A stretch of DNA of 64,000 nt from Patescibacteria group bacterium (GCA_038064195.1 JBBTTO010000003.1:178428-242427); one strand, 5' to 3'; numbered from the stretch's first letter, positions 9,021 through 19,366 are shown. Notes: generated from the sequence alone by a model not told the origin. Numbers and translations: made by a program.

Positions 9021-9347
9021 TCATGAGGGTTTTCTCTTCCAGGAAGCTACAAGAAAGCTCCCCAGCAAGTAAAAAAGCAGAAGTTGCCAGAAAATAATTG
9101 AGAGGAGTGTGGTTGAGAGAAAGATCGCGATCATATCACGCTGCGCACCGTTGATATCCAGCAAATAGCCACCGATTTTGCTGACTATCAATAAAATAGC
9201 TATTAATATCAGGGGCGTGAACATTACAGGGAAAAGGACCGGCCTACGGACAGTTTGTCTTATCTCTTTATAGGGGTGAAAGGTAAGCCCCAGGAGTGTC
9301 TTAGTCCAGATATAGCTGGCAAAAACGATAAAAGTTTTTTTCTTCAT
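9021..9347 (-). CDS. Membrane protein, third gene of the ECF sigma operon
   Basis: MKKKTFIVF...; ATGA overlap with the upstream gene. Confidence 0.7.
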   Translation of the reverse strand: MKKKTFIVFASYIWTKTLLGLTFHPYKEIRQTVRRPVLFPVMFTPLILIAILLIVSKIGGYLLDINGAQRDMIAIFLSTTLLSIIFWQLLLFYLLGSFLVASWKRKPS

Positions 9348-9571
9348 AGATGATAAAAAACCTTGAGTACCAACTCCGTAAAGTTGTGGCCTAAAAGATT
9401 GCGAGCAATAAGTGTTATGAGCAAGGCAAGTGGTATCAGATACCGCCATGGATGGTCAGACAGCCAGGTCGTAACGAGTGCGAAAAGATGGGGAAGTGGC
9501 ATGTCTTCCAATAACTGATGCTGTTCTTTAGCACGTTCTTGCAATGATCGAATAAATTCACTCTCGTTCAT
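9344..9571 (-). CDS. Small membrane protein, candidate anti-sigma factor
   Basis: MNESEFIRSLQERAKEQ... with one TM; overlaps the sigma factor stop. Confidence 0.65.
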   Translation of the reverse strand: MNESEFIRSLQERAKEQHQLLEDMPLPHLFALVTTWLSDHPWRYLIPLALLITLIARNLLGHNFTELVLKVFYHL

Positions 9572-10088
9572 AAGCTTTTTTAAAAGACTGCCGGGCTCTG
9601 AAAAGCAGCGATTCGGTTGCTTTGGGAGAGAGATCAAGCTGCAGCGCAATTTCTTTGATCGGGAGATCCTGTTCGTAGTGGAGCATGAGAATATGGCGGT
9701 ATTTTTCAGACAGAACATGATAGGCTTCTTCCATCCGGTCACGAATTTTATCTTTTTCCATCTGGAACTCGGGTTGATCAATTTCTCTGGCAAGAATATC
9801 CAGGAAAGGAAGTTGGGAGAGGACCAGTGATTTAACTTTCCTTTTGCGATAAAAGTCCACTATTTTGTGTTGAGCAATGCTATAGAGCCAGGAGGACAAG
9901 TTGGCATCTTCTTTGAGAGTAGGCAGGGCATCAATTGCTTCCATAAAGACTTCATTGACCAAGCCCTGGACGTCTTGGGGTGGGAGTTTGCGTGAGAGAA
10001 AACGGGCAATCCGGGGAGAAAATTGGTAGTAAAATTTAGTGACAGCCTGTTCATCACCCTCCAAAATAGCTTGGATTAGCTCTCTCAT
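9558..10088 (-). CDS. ECF RNA polymerase sigma factor
   Basis: WLYSIAQHKIVDFYRK (region 2); EIALQLDLSPKATESLLFRAR (region 4). Confidence 0.9.
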   Translation of the reverse strand: MRELIQAILEGDEQAVTKFYYQFSPRIARFLSRKLPPQDVQGLVNEVFMEAIDALPTLKEDANLSSWLYSIAQHKIVDFYRKRKVKSLVLSQLPFLDILAREIDQPEFQMEKDKIRDRMEEAYHVLSEKYRHILMLHYEQDLPIKEIALQLDLSPKATESLLFRARQSFKKAYERE

Positions 10089-10154
10089 GGTCATATTATA
10101 CGCAAAAACGAATGATTTTGTCAGGTTTGACGACATATAAGTAGGAGAAAAAAA

Positions 10155-10349
10155 ATGATAGATCTTGAAAGACTGGTTTATGGCCCAATTGCTCTAAATA
10201 AAGATAATGTATCTGATCAAGAAGGTCGTGATCTGGATGAGGATGAAGGGATAGAGACCGGTGAGGGGCGTATATATATGGATTCCTCCCCACTACGGCC
10301 ACGTGAGGCGGCAGGATTTTATATGAGGAGGAAAGGATTATTAGATTAA
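10155..10349 (+). CDS. Small acidic hypothetical protein
   Basis: AGGAG SD; 3 nt before idi. Confidence 0.5.
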   Translation: MIDLERLVYGPIALNKDNVSDQEGRDLDEDEGIETGEGRIYMDSSPLRPREAAGFYMRRKGLLD

Positions 10350-10352
10350 AAT

Positions 10353-10886
10353 ATGTTACCCAAGCAAATGCTGATGCTCGTTGATGAGCAGGATAATTTT
10401 TTAGGGGAGTATAAAGATATCACGACCTGCCATACCGGAAAGGGCGTGCATCATCGCGCTTTTATCGTCTTTCTTACTAATAAAAAAGGTGAAGCACTAC
10501 TGCAAAAGAGAAAACATGTCAGGTGGGATAATGTCTGGGATATTTCAGTGACGAGTCATACCCTCCATTTACCCGATCACGATGAGAGTTATCTTGAAGC
10601 AGCAACCAGAGCCTTAAAAGTTGAGATGGGTATTCCTGAGATACCGCTTAAGCGGACAGGAGAATTTAATTATTATGCTAAGCATGGTGAACAATGCGAA
10701 AATGAATTTGTGGCTATCTTTCAAGGCAACTATGACGGTCCGCTTACTCCCAATTCTGAGGTCGTTTATGAGTATCGATGGGTGAATCCGGAGCAGTTCT
10801 TTAGGGATATGCGTCACTCTCCTGATGACTATACTCCCTGGGCCAAACACGCGATGGCCACTCTTGAACGGAGGGAGCGGAGATGA
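10353..10886 (+). CDS. idi: Isopentenyl-diphosphate delta-isomerase type 1 (Nudix)
   Basis: HHRAF, LLQKR, ENEF, YTPW; clustered with prenyltransferases. Confidence 0.85.
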   Translation: MLPKQMLMLVDEQDNFLGEYKDITTCHTGKGVHHRAFIVFLTNKKGEALLQKRKHVRWDNVWDISVTSHTLHLPDHDESYLEAATRALKVEMGIPEIPLKRTGEFNYYAKHGEQCENEFVAIFQGNYDGPLTPNSEVVYEYRWVNPEQFFRDMRHSPDDYTPWAKHAMATLERRERR

Positions 10887-11959
10887 GTCAAATTCAGCAA
10901 GTAGTCAAACAAAATACTGACTATAATACTCATTTTAGTGATTATCTTACTGCTGCAGCTTCTGAAATAGATCGGGAGCTTGAAAGCACGCTGGTTGTTT
11001 GGGGCGATGAGGTAGCCGAGTCAAATCCAGCCCTCCTACCACTTTTTGAGGCATTTAGTCGGTCCTGTAAAGGTGGAAAAAGACTACGGGGAACGATGGT
11101 CAGACTGGGGTATGAGCTTGCAGGCGGGGATAGACCTGAGGCAATTCTTGCGCCAAGTGTGGCATTTGAGATCTTTCAGACTGCCATTCTTGCACACGAT
11201 GACATTATCGACAAAAGTCCTCTCAGACGAGGACAGCCCTCACTTTTTCAAGGCTTAGGAGGAGATCATTATGCTATCTCTCAGACTATCTCGCTTGGAG
11301 ATTTTGGTTTTTTCAAAAGTCTTGAGCTTCTTTTACAAAGTGACTTTCTCAATGAGTTAAAAAATAAAGCTGCAGTTTTTTTTAGCCAAAAAGTACTCAA
11401 GACTATAGAAGGTGAGATGATCGATGTCTATTTACCAACAACTACTGTCTACACACAGGAAGATATTCTTCGCTTAGCATCGCTCAAAACAGCTTCATAT
11501 ACATTTTCCGGGCCACTGGGTCTTGGGGCGCTCCTCGGGGGTGCCAATCAGGAACTCCTCACCCAACTTGAAAAATTCGGAATTAGTTTGGGTATAGCCT
11601 ATCAGCTGCATGATGATTACCTCGGAGTATTTGCTGATGAAAAGACACTGGGTAAATCCACCAGCTCAGATATCATGGAAGGTAAAGTTACCTTATTGTA
11701 TACTTACGCGCTTAAGCATGCAGCAGATGTTGAACGAGAAATTCTCCGTCGGCTTTACGGCAAAAATGATCTTACCTCTCAGGAGGCAGAGGTAGTGAGA
11801 GAGCTCTTCGTCAGTACCGGGGCAGTCTCTGCACTCCAGAAAAAAATGAATGCGTATATCGACCAGGCGCGTGAGGTAATCGATACGCTTACAGGTAACA
11901 GCTTACAAGCACAGCTTCTTTGGAGTATGACGTCGTATTTATTGGAGAGGGAAAAATAA
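10883..11959 (+). CDS. Polyprenyl (FPP/GGPP) synthase
   Basis: GGKRLR, HDDIIDKSPLRRG, KTASY, QLHDD motifs. Confidence 0.92.
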   Translation: MSQIQQVVKQNTDYNTHFSDYLTAAASEIDRELESTLVVWGDEVAESNPALLPLFEAFSRSCKGGKRLRGTMVRLGYELAGGDRPEAILAPSVAFEIFQTAILAHDDIIDKSPLRRGQPSLFQGLGGDHYAISQTISLGDFGFFKSLELLLQSDFLNELKNKAAVFFSQKVLKTIEGEMIDVYLPTTTVYTQEDILRLASLKTASYTFSGPLGLGALLGGANQELLTQLEKFGISLGIAYQLHDDYLGVFADEKTLGKSTSSDIMEGKVTLLYTYALKHAADVEREILRRLYGKNDLTSQEAEVVRELFVSTGAVSALQKKMNAYIDQAREVIDTLTGNSLQAQLLWSMTSYLLEREK

Positions 11960-11960
11960 G

Positions 11961-12647
11961 ATGAAGTCACATGTCCCTCAATCTGTGGCCATAATTATGG
12001 ATGGGAACAGACGTTGGGCGAATAAACGTCATCTCCCACTTTTTGCCGGACACGAAAGGGGTGCACGTGTGATCGAACCGCTCGTTGATCATGCCATAAA
12101 GATCGGTATTTCGTATCTCACCTTTTGGGCATTCTCAACTGAGAACTGGAAGCGCTCAGAGGAAGAAGTGCAGACGTTGATGGATGTTTTTCGTAAAGCC
12201 CTCCATGATCCGATGATGAAGCGCCTGGACAGCAGTGGAGCACGGATCAAAGTGATTGGGGACATGACACCTTTCCCCTCAGATATTATTGAAAGAGTAG
12301 ATAAGCTTATCGAGAAAACCAAGGAGAATACCAAGCTGACGGTTAATTTCGCTTTAAATTATGGGGGGAGACAGGAGATCCTTCAGGCGGTGAATCGGTT
12401 GCTTAAGGAAAATAAAGGTGAGGTGACAGAGGAAATGTTTGCCGAGAAGTTATATACTGCCGGACAGCCTGATCCTGATTTAATAATCCGTACTGGTGGA
12501 GAGCAGCGCCTGAGTGGCTATCTGCCATGGCAGGGAGTCTACTCGGAGTTAGCCTTTGTTGATACCTATTGGCCTGATTTTAGTCCAGAGGTTTTTGATA
12601 CCGTACTTTCGGATTTTGCCTCCCGCCAGCGACGATTTGGGAAGTAA
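11961..12647 (+). CDS. uppS: Undecaprenyl diphosphate synthase
   Basis: IMDGNRRWA, FSTENWKR, NYGGR, IRTGGEQRLS, RRFG. Confidence 0.95.
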   Translation: MKSHVPQSVAIIMDGNRRWANKRHLPLFAGHERGARVIEPLVDHAIKIGISYLTFWAFSTENWKRSEEEVQTLMDVFRKALHDPMMKRLDSSGARIKVIGDMTPFPSDIIERVDKLIEKTKENTKLTVNFALNYGGRQEILQAVNRLLKENKGEVTEEMFAEKLYTAGQPDPDLIIRTGGEQRLSGYLPWQGVYSELAFVDTYWPDFSPEVFDTVLSDFASRQRRFGK

Positions 12648-12693
12648 ATAATTATTATGAGATTTCGCATAGGTATTTTGTTATACTGAGCTC

Positions 12694-13989
12694 ATGGGAG
12701 AGCAACCAGGTTATACTCCAGAGGAAGAAGCATCAATTACATCAGTTGAGATGCTAGCAGAAAGGCTTGGTTTTGAGCCGGAATCACCAGATAATCTTCC
12801 TTTTCCACTCGCGGGGACAATTGAAGGCGGCAAGTTTTTTTCCCGCCGTACTGTCCCAACCATGTTCCGTCTCACTCCTTCAGAAGAAAAAAAACCCGGC
12901 ACATTGCACTTCGTGTCGCGAACAGTGGTCGATAGTCAGACCGGACAGCCAGAGGAGCGTCTATCTGTATTTAGCCAGGAAGACCCAGCTTATAAAGCCA
13001 AGCCGGCCATCAATATCTCGGAAAAGAATCTCATGCTGCCATATGAATATAAACCAGAACCTCAGCCGATGACCTGGTTATCTCCTCGTAATATCTTTAT
13101 GCCCTTTCCAGCAAATGCTGATTATCAAGAAGTTTATGATAGGCTAAATCGGTGGCTCACTCCCTCTCGTCCTATGACTATTACTGTTGGAACAGAGGCT
13201 GTTAACGCACGAGTACGAGCTCTTAACTCTGAAGAGTATCTAGATGAAGCCTATGGCAATATAGATAAAGATTTATTTTTTGAGGATGAGACTACCGATT
13301 CCTTTGAAAAAGTAGTTGAAAAATTTACGGCAGCATTTCCTGAGAGTCTTGATGGGAAAGTTTCTCTGACCAAGGTACCTAAGCGGGGGGCACACGGCAT
13401 TATCTTGAAGGAGGGTAGTGGAGGCTTTACTCTTCAGGTAAGGGGAAAAGGAACGGTGGCAGTTTCACCTCTTTTCAGATCACAAAATCCCAATTTAGAC
13501 AGAGAATGGGATTTTTGGGAGGTAGAAGAAGCAATAGAGGTAACACAGATGAAGGAAAAGCCGCTTGAGATCAGTAATGGCCTTTTATCCCAAGCAGTAT
13601 CCTGGAACGAACAGGAAGATAGACCGTTTACCTTTCTTGACTTATTACGTGATCAGACAGGGAGAGAATTTGTTACTGACAAACGTCTTAAATCACTAAA
13701 AGGTCTAGGCGGACCGATGGTAAGAAGAGTACAGAAATTGACGTGGGAGGAATTTACCAAGCTGACTCAGGCACGGCTGGAAGCCTTAACTGATGATACT
13801 GTTGAGATAAGCGGTGTTGGGGTGCTATCGAGAGCCGATGCTCTTGCAGAAGTTACAAGCAATACGAAAGTCGGACGGAAAATTATGCGCAGGCAATTCA
13901 GGGAGATCGAAACTCAGCTCGCGCAAATACAGATGGAAGATTTTGCGATTTCTAAAGATATGCAGGCTGCTTTGAATATGCTTGCTTAA
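12694..13989 (+). CDS. Hypothetical protein
   Basis: 431-aa ORF; TATACT+6 nt+ATG. Confidence 0.75.
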   Translation: MGEQPGYTPEEEASITSVEMLAERLGFEPESPDNLPFPLAGTIEGGKFFSRRTVPTMFRLTPSEEKKPGTLHFVSRTVVDSQTGQPEERLSVFSQEDPAYKAKPAINISEKNLMLPYEYKPEPQPMTWLSPRNIFMPFPANADYQEVYDRLNRWLTPSRPMTITVGTEAVNARVRALNSEEYLDEAYGNIDKDLFFEDETTDSFEKVVEKFTAAFPESLDGKVSLTKVPKRGAHGIILKEGSGGFTLQVRGKGTVAVSPLFRSQNPNLDREWDFWEVEEAIEVTQMKEKPLEISNGLLSQAVSWNEQEDRPFTFLDLLRDQTGREFVTDKRLKSLKGLGGPMVRRVQKLTWEEFTKLTQARLEALTDDTVEISGVGVLSRADALAEVTSNTKVGRKIMRRQFREIETQLAQIQMEDFAISKDMQAALNMLA

Positions 13990-13998
13990 CTTATTTGA

Positions 13999-14907
13999 CT
14001 ACTGCTGCAAGATGCGGGCTTTGAGGGAACGGGCAAAATTAATATACTCAGTCCAGTAAATTTCTGCCAGACTTCGTTCTTTACAGATTTCATTAAGCTG
14101 ATCCAGATCTGCTACTGTCGGAATGATATTTTCCGTTGACTGGGAGTACATGATAGCTTTGAGGTCATTGATATGATCCATGCCTCGGGCGTGTCCCAAC
14201 TCATGGGTCATTGTATGGATCAATTCGTCATGGGAGTTATTAAAATAAATTGAGATGGTGTTCGTGGCGCCATCATAGAGTCCCTCCTCAGGCTTGATAG
14301 ACAGTGATTGATTGAGAGCATCGATCGTGCTGTTAAGACTGCGGACCTGGGAGTTGTAATCTCTGGTTGACTGATTGAGCTCAGCAGCCATGGCATTAAG
14401 GGCTGAGGCCTCGGCCTGAAGCTCTGATTGTTGTTGTTTTAACCCCTGATACACATCAGGGGGCGCACCGCCCTGACTGTTCCATTTACGAATTTCTGCA
14501 TTGAGAGCAGCTGCTTTTTGGTCAAAAGCGGCTGAGCGTGTTTTGTACTCCTGGACTTTAGGATTGAGTGAGTTTTTATCCGTATCGACCTTCTGCTCAA
14601 GACTGTTGATCTGATTACTCAGAGCTGTGCGGGCATCATAGACGAGATTGATAGTGACACCTTTTCTTGTTGGCTCGAATTCAAAAATAGTCTTTTCCTG
14701 AGTCTGATTCCAAATGCCGGCGGCTTCTTTCAGATCAGCGATAGCTTCTTCACGGGTGAGATTGAAGCGATCATCAAGTGAACCGAGGTGGTAGCTGATA
14801 GGTGTATCACAGTATGAACCGGAGAGGAGGTAGCCGTTTGAAGTATGGAAGGCAAAAAGGAAAGCAGTGACACCGACGAGTGCAAAAAAGACAATAAACT
14901 TCTTCAT
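13999..14907 (-). CDS. Matrixin-family (M10-like) zinc metalloprotease with coiled-coil insert
   Basis: Signal peptide, HELGHARGMDH, AIMY Met-turn. Confidence 0.85.
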   Translation of the reverse strand: MKKFIVFFALVGVTAFLFAFHTSNGYLLSGSYCDTPISYHLGSLDDRFNLTREEAIADLKEAAGIWNQTQEKTIFEFEPTRKGVTINLVYDARTALSNQINSLEQKVDTDKNSLNPKVQEYKTRSAAFDQKAAALNAEIRKWNSQGGAPPDVYQGLKQQQSELQAEASALNAMAAELNQSTRDYNSQVRSLNSTIDALNQSLSIKPEEGLYDGATNTISIYFNNSHDELIHTMTHELGHARGMDHINDLKAIMYSQSTENIIPTVADLDQLNEICKERSLAEIYWTEYINFARSLKARILQQ

Positions 14908-15081
14908 AAAATGATTGTAAATAAAATGCATCGGGCGTGCAAGAAATTCGTTAGTCATTTTCGTTTCAGCTTTCTTTCAGAATGCGCTATTATAGTAGAG
15001 AGATTGTTGCATGTGGAATTGCTAAATTGTTAGTAGTTCTCTATTCGGTCGCTCGCTGCGACCTCACTCGAACAATATATT

Positions 15082-15591
15082 ATGGATATCAAGAAAATTG
15101 TTCTAACAGTTGTGGTGGTTGGCAGTTTTGTGGCCTACAGTATCCATGAGCGAGAGGAAGCACAAGAAGCCGTAAATGTCGTCAGGACGTCTCAAGAGCA
15201 GGAAAGTCTCAATCCCCAATCATTTGTCACCCCGACTTCCGAGTCCGCGACCCAGCCACCTCAGAATTTTCAATCAGGCGGCATGATGAAGGGGCAGCAA
15301 ATGATGGGAATGTATAAAGACGGTACGTATATCGGCAGTACCGAGGATGTTTTTTACGGAGATATTCAGGTAAGGGCGACTATCCAGAGGGGGAGGATCG
15401 TAGACATAGAATTTCTCAATTACCCGGCTGATCGGGCTACATCAGTGCAAATTAATGAGGCGATGATGCCGATTCTCAGGCAGGAGGCCATCACGGCTCA
15501 GAGCGCTGATGTCGATATCGTCAGTGGGGCGACAGACTCGAGTAAGGGATTCAGAAGATCACTTGCCAATGCGCTGGCACAGGCACAATAA
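15082..15591 (+). CDS. Extracytoplasmic FMN-binding protein
   Basis: YKDGTYIG, DIVSGATDSS flavinylation motif, N-terminal anchor. Confidence 0.9.
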   Translation: MDIKKIVLTVVVVGSFVAYSIHEREEAQEAVNVVRTSQEQESLNPQSFVTPTSESATQPPQNFQSGGMMKGQQMMGMYKDGTYIGSTEDVFYGDIQVRATIQRGRIVDIEFLNYPADRATSVQINEAMMPILRQEAITAQSADVDIVSGATDSSKGFRRSLANALAQAQ

Positions 15592-15640
15592 AAGAATTAA
15601 GAATTTGAAGTTAGAAGTCAGTAGTTAGCAGTTAGTTGTT

Positions 15641-16420
15641 ATGAAAGTTACAAAGTTTATCATGGGGATGCCGATCATCGTTGAAGTAGTTGACCGGAGT
15701 GTTTTGAAAAAAGATTTAGAGGAAGTTTTTGCCTGGTTTCGTCGTGTTGACCGGCAGTTTAGTCCTTATAAAAAAACGAGCGAGGTCTCACGTTTGAATC
15801 GTAAAGAAATTACTTTTGCTCAAGCTTCAGCTGAGATGCGGGAGGTTTTGGTTTTGGCAGAGAAGGCCAAGCAGGAGACTCAGGGCTATTTTGATGTTAC
15901 AGCCCGCGGCTTTTTCGATCCTTCAGGGATTGTTAAGTCCTGGGCAATTGAGAAAGCCTCTCAATTATTACAAGAGAAAGGCTTAGCTCGCTTTTATATC
16001 AATGCCGGAGGAGATATCCAGGTCAGCGGGAGAAATGCACAGGACGCAGACTGGCTTGTCGGTATCCGTCATCCTTTTATACAGGATAAGATCGTCAAAA
16101 CAGTCAGAATACCTGGGGCGATTGCGACCTCGGGGACATATCTGCGCGGCGATCATATCTATGATCCACACCGGAAGGGGATCCTGAAACCAGCTTCCGC
16201 AAGGGACTACCTCTTGAGAGGGGCGCAGGATGACAACCTAGTCAGTCTGAGTGTTATTGCCGGGGATATTGTAACAGCAGACGTTCTGGCGACAGCCTCA
16301 TTTGCGATGGGGAGGAGCGGGATTATGTTTTTAGAAAAAACAGCAGATGTGGAGGGGTATATGATTGATAGGCAGGGAACGGCGACATACACAACTGGGT
16401 TTGAAAAATACGTTGTGTAA
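15641..16420 (+). CDS. apbE: FAD:protein FMN transferase
   Basis: IMGMP, FSPYKKTSEVSRLN, DPSGIVK, INAGGDI, IATSG, ADVLATA. Confidence 0.9.
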   Translation: MKVTKFIMGMPIIVEVVDRSVLKKDLEEVFAWFRRVDRQFSPYKKTSEVSRLNRKEITFAQASAEMREVLVLAEKAKQETQGYFDVTARGFFDPSGIVKSWAIEKASQLLQEKGLARFYINAGGDIQVSGRNAQDADWLVGIRHPFIQDKIVKTVRIPGAIATSGTYLRGDHIYDPHRKGILKPASARDYLLRGAQDDNLVSLSVIAGDIVTADVLATASFAMGRSGIMFLEKTADVEGYMIDRQGTATYTTGFEKYVV

Positions 16421-16512
16421 GTCTAGAAGACAGAATTAAGTATATTGTATACAGAATAAAAAGATAAAGAATAATCTTACTTAATACTTAATACTTAATA
16501 CTTAATACAAAC

Positions 16513-18033
16513 ATGCTTAATTTTATTGATTCATATCTCGATCGGATTACGATGTACAGGCTTGTCTTGTATTATCTGATCGTCTTGCTCGGAGCGGCTT
16601 TCCTATTGAGTCTCTTAGGCATTCTCAACTATAATCCACTCGGGATTTTATTTAACAGTATTTTTCTGGTCGTTATCTGTTATATCACCAATAGAGTTTT
16701 TGCCTCAGTTTTTAAGGCTCCGACCAACGTCGAGTCTGTCTATATTACATCTCTCATTCTCGCCTGTATCATCACGCCTTTTAAGAGTCTGCAGGATTTG
16801 CCGATGCTCGGCTTTGCGGCTGTGTTGGCAGTCTCATCCAAATATATCTTGGCCATCAAGAAAAAACATATTTTCAATCCCGTGGCGATTGCTGTCGTCC
16901 TGACGGCTTTCGGCTTTGGGGTCTCAGCGAGCTGGTGGATCGGGAACGCCTGGATGACGCCTTTTATCGTACTTGGCGGACTACTCGTCATGCGTAAAAC
17001 GAGACGCGAGCATATGGTCTTCATGTTTTGGGCAGTTGCGTTGGCTGTGATTTCCATTTTTACCCTTATTGATGGTAACTCATATGTCTTGATGCTTGAT
17101 CAGGTCTTCCTCCATTCGTCATTTTTCTTTTTTGCTTTTCTCATGTTCACCGAGCCGCTCACGACTCCGCCGACACGAAGTCTGCAGCTGATGTATGCGG
17201 TCCTCATCGGTCTCCTTTTCCCGCCTCAAGTTCATCTGGGAAGCTGGTATACCACGCCTGAGCTGGCACTTGTCATCGGCAATGTTTTTGCCTATCTGAT
17301 CAGCCCTCGGCAAAAGTTCGTCATGCTTCTCTCAGAAAAATTGCAAATCGCCCCTGATATCATGGATTTTGTTTTCAAGCCTCCTGAACGCCTCCGCTAT
17401 TCAGCAGGTCAGTACTTCGAATGGACTTTTCAACACCCCCAGACCGACAGCCGGGGGAACAGGCGCTATTTTACACTTGCATCAAGTCCGACAGAAGATA
17501 CACTTCGGATCGGGGTCAAATTTTATGAAGGCGGCAGCAGTTACAAAAAATCACTGCAAAAAATGGATGAGAAAGTACCGATTGTTGCTGCACAGCTGGC
17601 AGGAGAGTTCATTTTGCCTAATGATAAGACAAAAAAACTGGTTTTTGTGGCAGGAGGTATCGGAGTGACCCCTTTTAGGAGTATGCTCAAATATCTTATC
17701 GATACGAAAGAAAAGCGGGATATTATCGTCCTTTTCTCCAATAAATATGAGTCGGATATTGTCTATAAAGATATTTTGGATCAGGCAGAACGTGAACTCG
17801 GGATCAGAACTGTTTACACACTGACCGATACTGATAAAATTTCACCGACTTGGACAGGGGAGAAAGGAAGAATTTCCTCTGAGATCATCCAGAAAAATAT
17901 TCCTGACTGGAGAGAACGATTTTTTTATCTTTCGGGTCCGCATGCGATGGTCGTGGGTTTTGAGACGACGCTCAGGCAAATGGGACTGCCGGCATCACTT
18001 ATTAAAAAGGATTTCTTTCCGGGATTTGTATAA
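16513..18033 (+). CDS. RnfD/NqrB-like membrane domain fused to an FAD/NAD(P)H ferredoxin-reductase-type domain
   Basis: KHIFNP, MFTEPLTTP; RYFTLASSP, AGGIGVTPFRSM, YLSGP, DFFPGF. Confidence 0.85.
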   Translation: MLNFIDSYLDRITMYRLVLYYLIVLLGAAFLLSLLGILNYNPLGILFNSIFLVVICYITNRVFASVFKAPTNVESVYITSLILACIITPFKSLQDLPMLGFAAVLAVSSKYILAIKKKHIFNPVAIAVVLTAFGFGVSASWWIGNAWMTPFIVLGGLLVMRKTRREHMVFMFWAVALAVISIFTLIDGNSYVLMLDQVFLHSSFFFFAFLMFTEPLTTPPTRSLQLMYAVLIGLLFPPQVHLGSWYTTPELALVIGNVFAYLISPRQKFVMLLSEKLQIAPDIMDFVFKPPERLRYSAGQYFEWTFQHPQTDSRGNRRYFTLASSPTEDTLRIGVKFYEGGSSYKKSLQKMDEKVPIVAAQLAGEFILPNDKTKKLVFVAGGIGVTPFRSMLKYLIDTKEKRDIIVLFSNKYESDIVYKDILDQAERELGIRTVYTLTDTDKISPTWTGEKGRISSEIIQKNIPDWRERFFYLSGPHAMVVGFETTLRQMGLPASLIKKDFFPGFV

Positions 18034-18050
18034 TAATTTTTCTCTTGACC

Positions 18051-18096
18051 CCTCTCCTAATAGGAGAGGGTGGTACCGCTTGCGGAGGGTGAGGTT
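18051..18096. repeat. REP-like hairpin (ccctctcc-N-ggagaggg...gggtgagg type)
   Basis: ccctctcctaataggagaggg followed by gggtgagg, just after the operon stop. Confidence 0.55.
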
Positions 18097-18214
18097 TAGG
18101 TTGCCTCTTTGCAATTTCTAAACAAATATGGTTTAGTGGGGGAATAATCTTGGGAGGCTTGCCCTCCGAAGCCTGACCTCATAGGGTTAATGCAAATTAA
18201 AGTGAGGAACGAAA

Positions 18215-18246
18215 CCCGCCTTCGCTAAAGCTATGGCGGGCGAAGG
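18215..18246. repeat. 32-bp palindromic element abutting an SD
   Basis: cccgccttcgctaaagctatggcgggcgaagg; related copy at 44287-44339. Confidence 0.75.
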
Positions 18247-18259
18247 GGGGTGATAGATA

Positions 18260-18721
18260 ATGAATAGTAAAATTCTTATAGCTGCTGTTGTACTCCTGGT
18301 AGTACTTGGTACAGGAGTGTATCTTTTGACAAAGAATTCGACCACGACTGCACCTGTCCCTGTTGCGACTCCTACACCGACAACTGCGGCTATCGAGGAG
18401 ACTCCGACAGCAGCACCGTCGGAGGCGATGACAAAGACATCAGGAACAGTCAAAGAGATCACCGTGACCGGTTCATCTTTCAAATTTGTCCCGGCTACGA
18501 TTTCTGTGAAAAAGGGGGACACGGTCAAAGTCACCTTTGTGAACTCGGGCGGCTCGCATAACTTTGTAATTGACGAATTCAGTGTCTCAACCAAGGTTAT
18601 TGCCAGTGGGCAGTCAGAGACTGTCAGTTTTGTGGCTGATAAAGTAGGAACGTATGAATACTACTGCACTGTGGGTAACCACAGGCAAAAGGGTATGGTG
18701 GGCAAACTCATAGTGCAATAA
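18260..18721 (+). CDS. Membrane-anchored cupredoxin (plastocyanin-like)
   Basis: HNF...YYCTVGNHRQKGM type-1 copper ligands; Thr/Pro linker. Confidence 0.9.
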   Translation: MNSKILIAAVVLLVVLGTGVYLLTKNSTTTAPVPVATPTPTTAAIEETPTAAPSEAMTKTSGTVKEITVTGSSFKFVPATISVKKGDTVKVTFVNSGGSHNFVIDEFSVSTKVIASGQSETVSFVADKVGTYEYYCTVGNHRQKGMVGKLIVQ

Positions 18722-18820
18722 GGTTTTTCCTATGAGATAAGGAGGCCCCGAGTCTGACTCGTGACCTCCTTACTTGTTTCTTACGAAATTTCTCTCCAGT
18801 GTATGCTATCATCCGTCTGA

Positions 18821-19336
18821 ATGAATCGGATCTTTCTGATCGGCGGCTTGGGCGTCATCGCTATTGCCGCTGTCAGTGGATTTTTCCTCTCCCGTCCTGA
18901 CTCCGATACCACATCAACCGCAACCCAGTCATCCGCCGGTCCAACTCGTGCACCATCACCGACAACTACATCGGTACCAGAGATGAGTTTTCAGGATCTC
19001 CTCAGCTTGGGAGGAGATCATAAATGTACCTGGTCGGGAACGACTGGGGGGCAGACTATGGATGGGGTCGTCTACCTATCAGGACGTAAAGTGCATAGTG
19101 AGGCACATACGACTGTCCCGACACTCGGGGCGATGACAGCCTATGCTGTGGGGGATGGGACTACGATGACGATCTGGACGAGTATCGCACCAGCGCAAAA
19201 AACAACCATGCCCTATACGCAGATGGGAGCTCCGTCAAGTACGGATAAGCAGGCTTTCAATGCTTTCGCCCAGAAATATGCTTATCACTGCAGTGATTGG
19301 ACTGTAGATCCTACTCTGTTTGTGATCCCTAGATAG
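18821..19336 (+). CDS. Exported hypothetical protein
   Basis: N-terminal TM; KCTW...CSDWTVDPTLFVIP. Confidence 0.75.
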   Translation: MNRIFLIGGLGVIAIAAVSGFFLSRPDSDTTSTATQSSAGPTRAPSPTTTSVPEMSFQDLLSLGGDHKCTWSGTTGGQTMDGVVYLSGRKVHSEAHTTVPTLGAMTAYAVGDGTTMTIWTSIAPAQKTTMPYTQMGAPSSTDKQAFNAFAQKYAYHCSDWTVDPTLFVIPR

Positions 19337-19366
19337 CCTTGACGCGTTTGGTATAATATATCCAGT

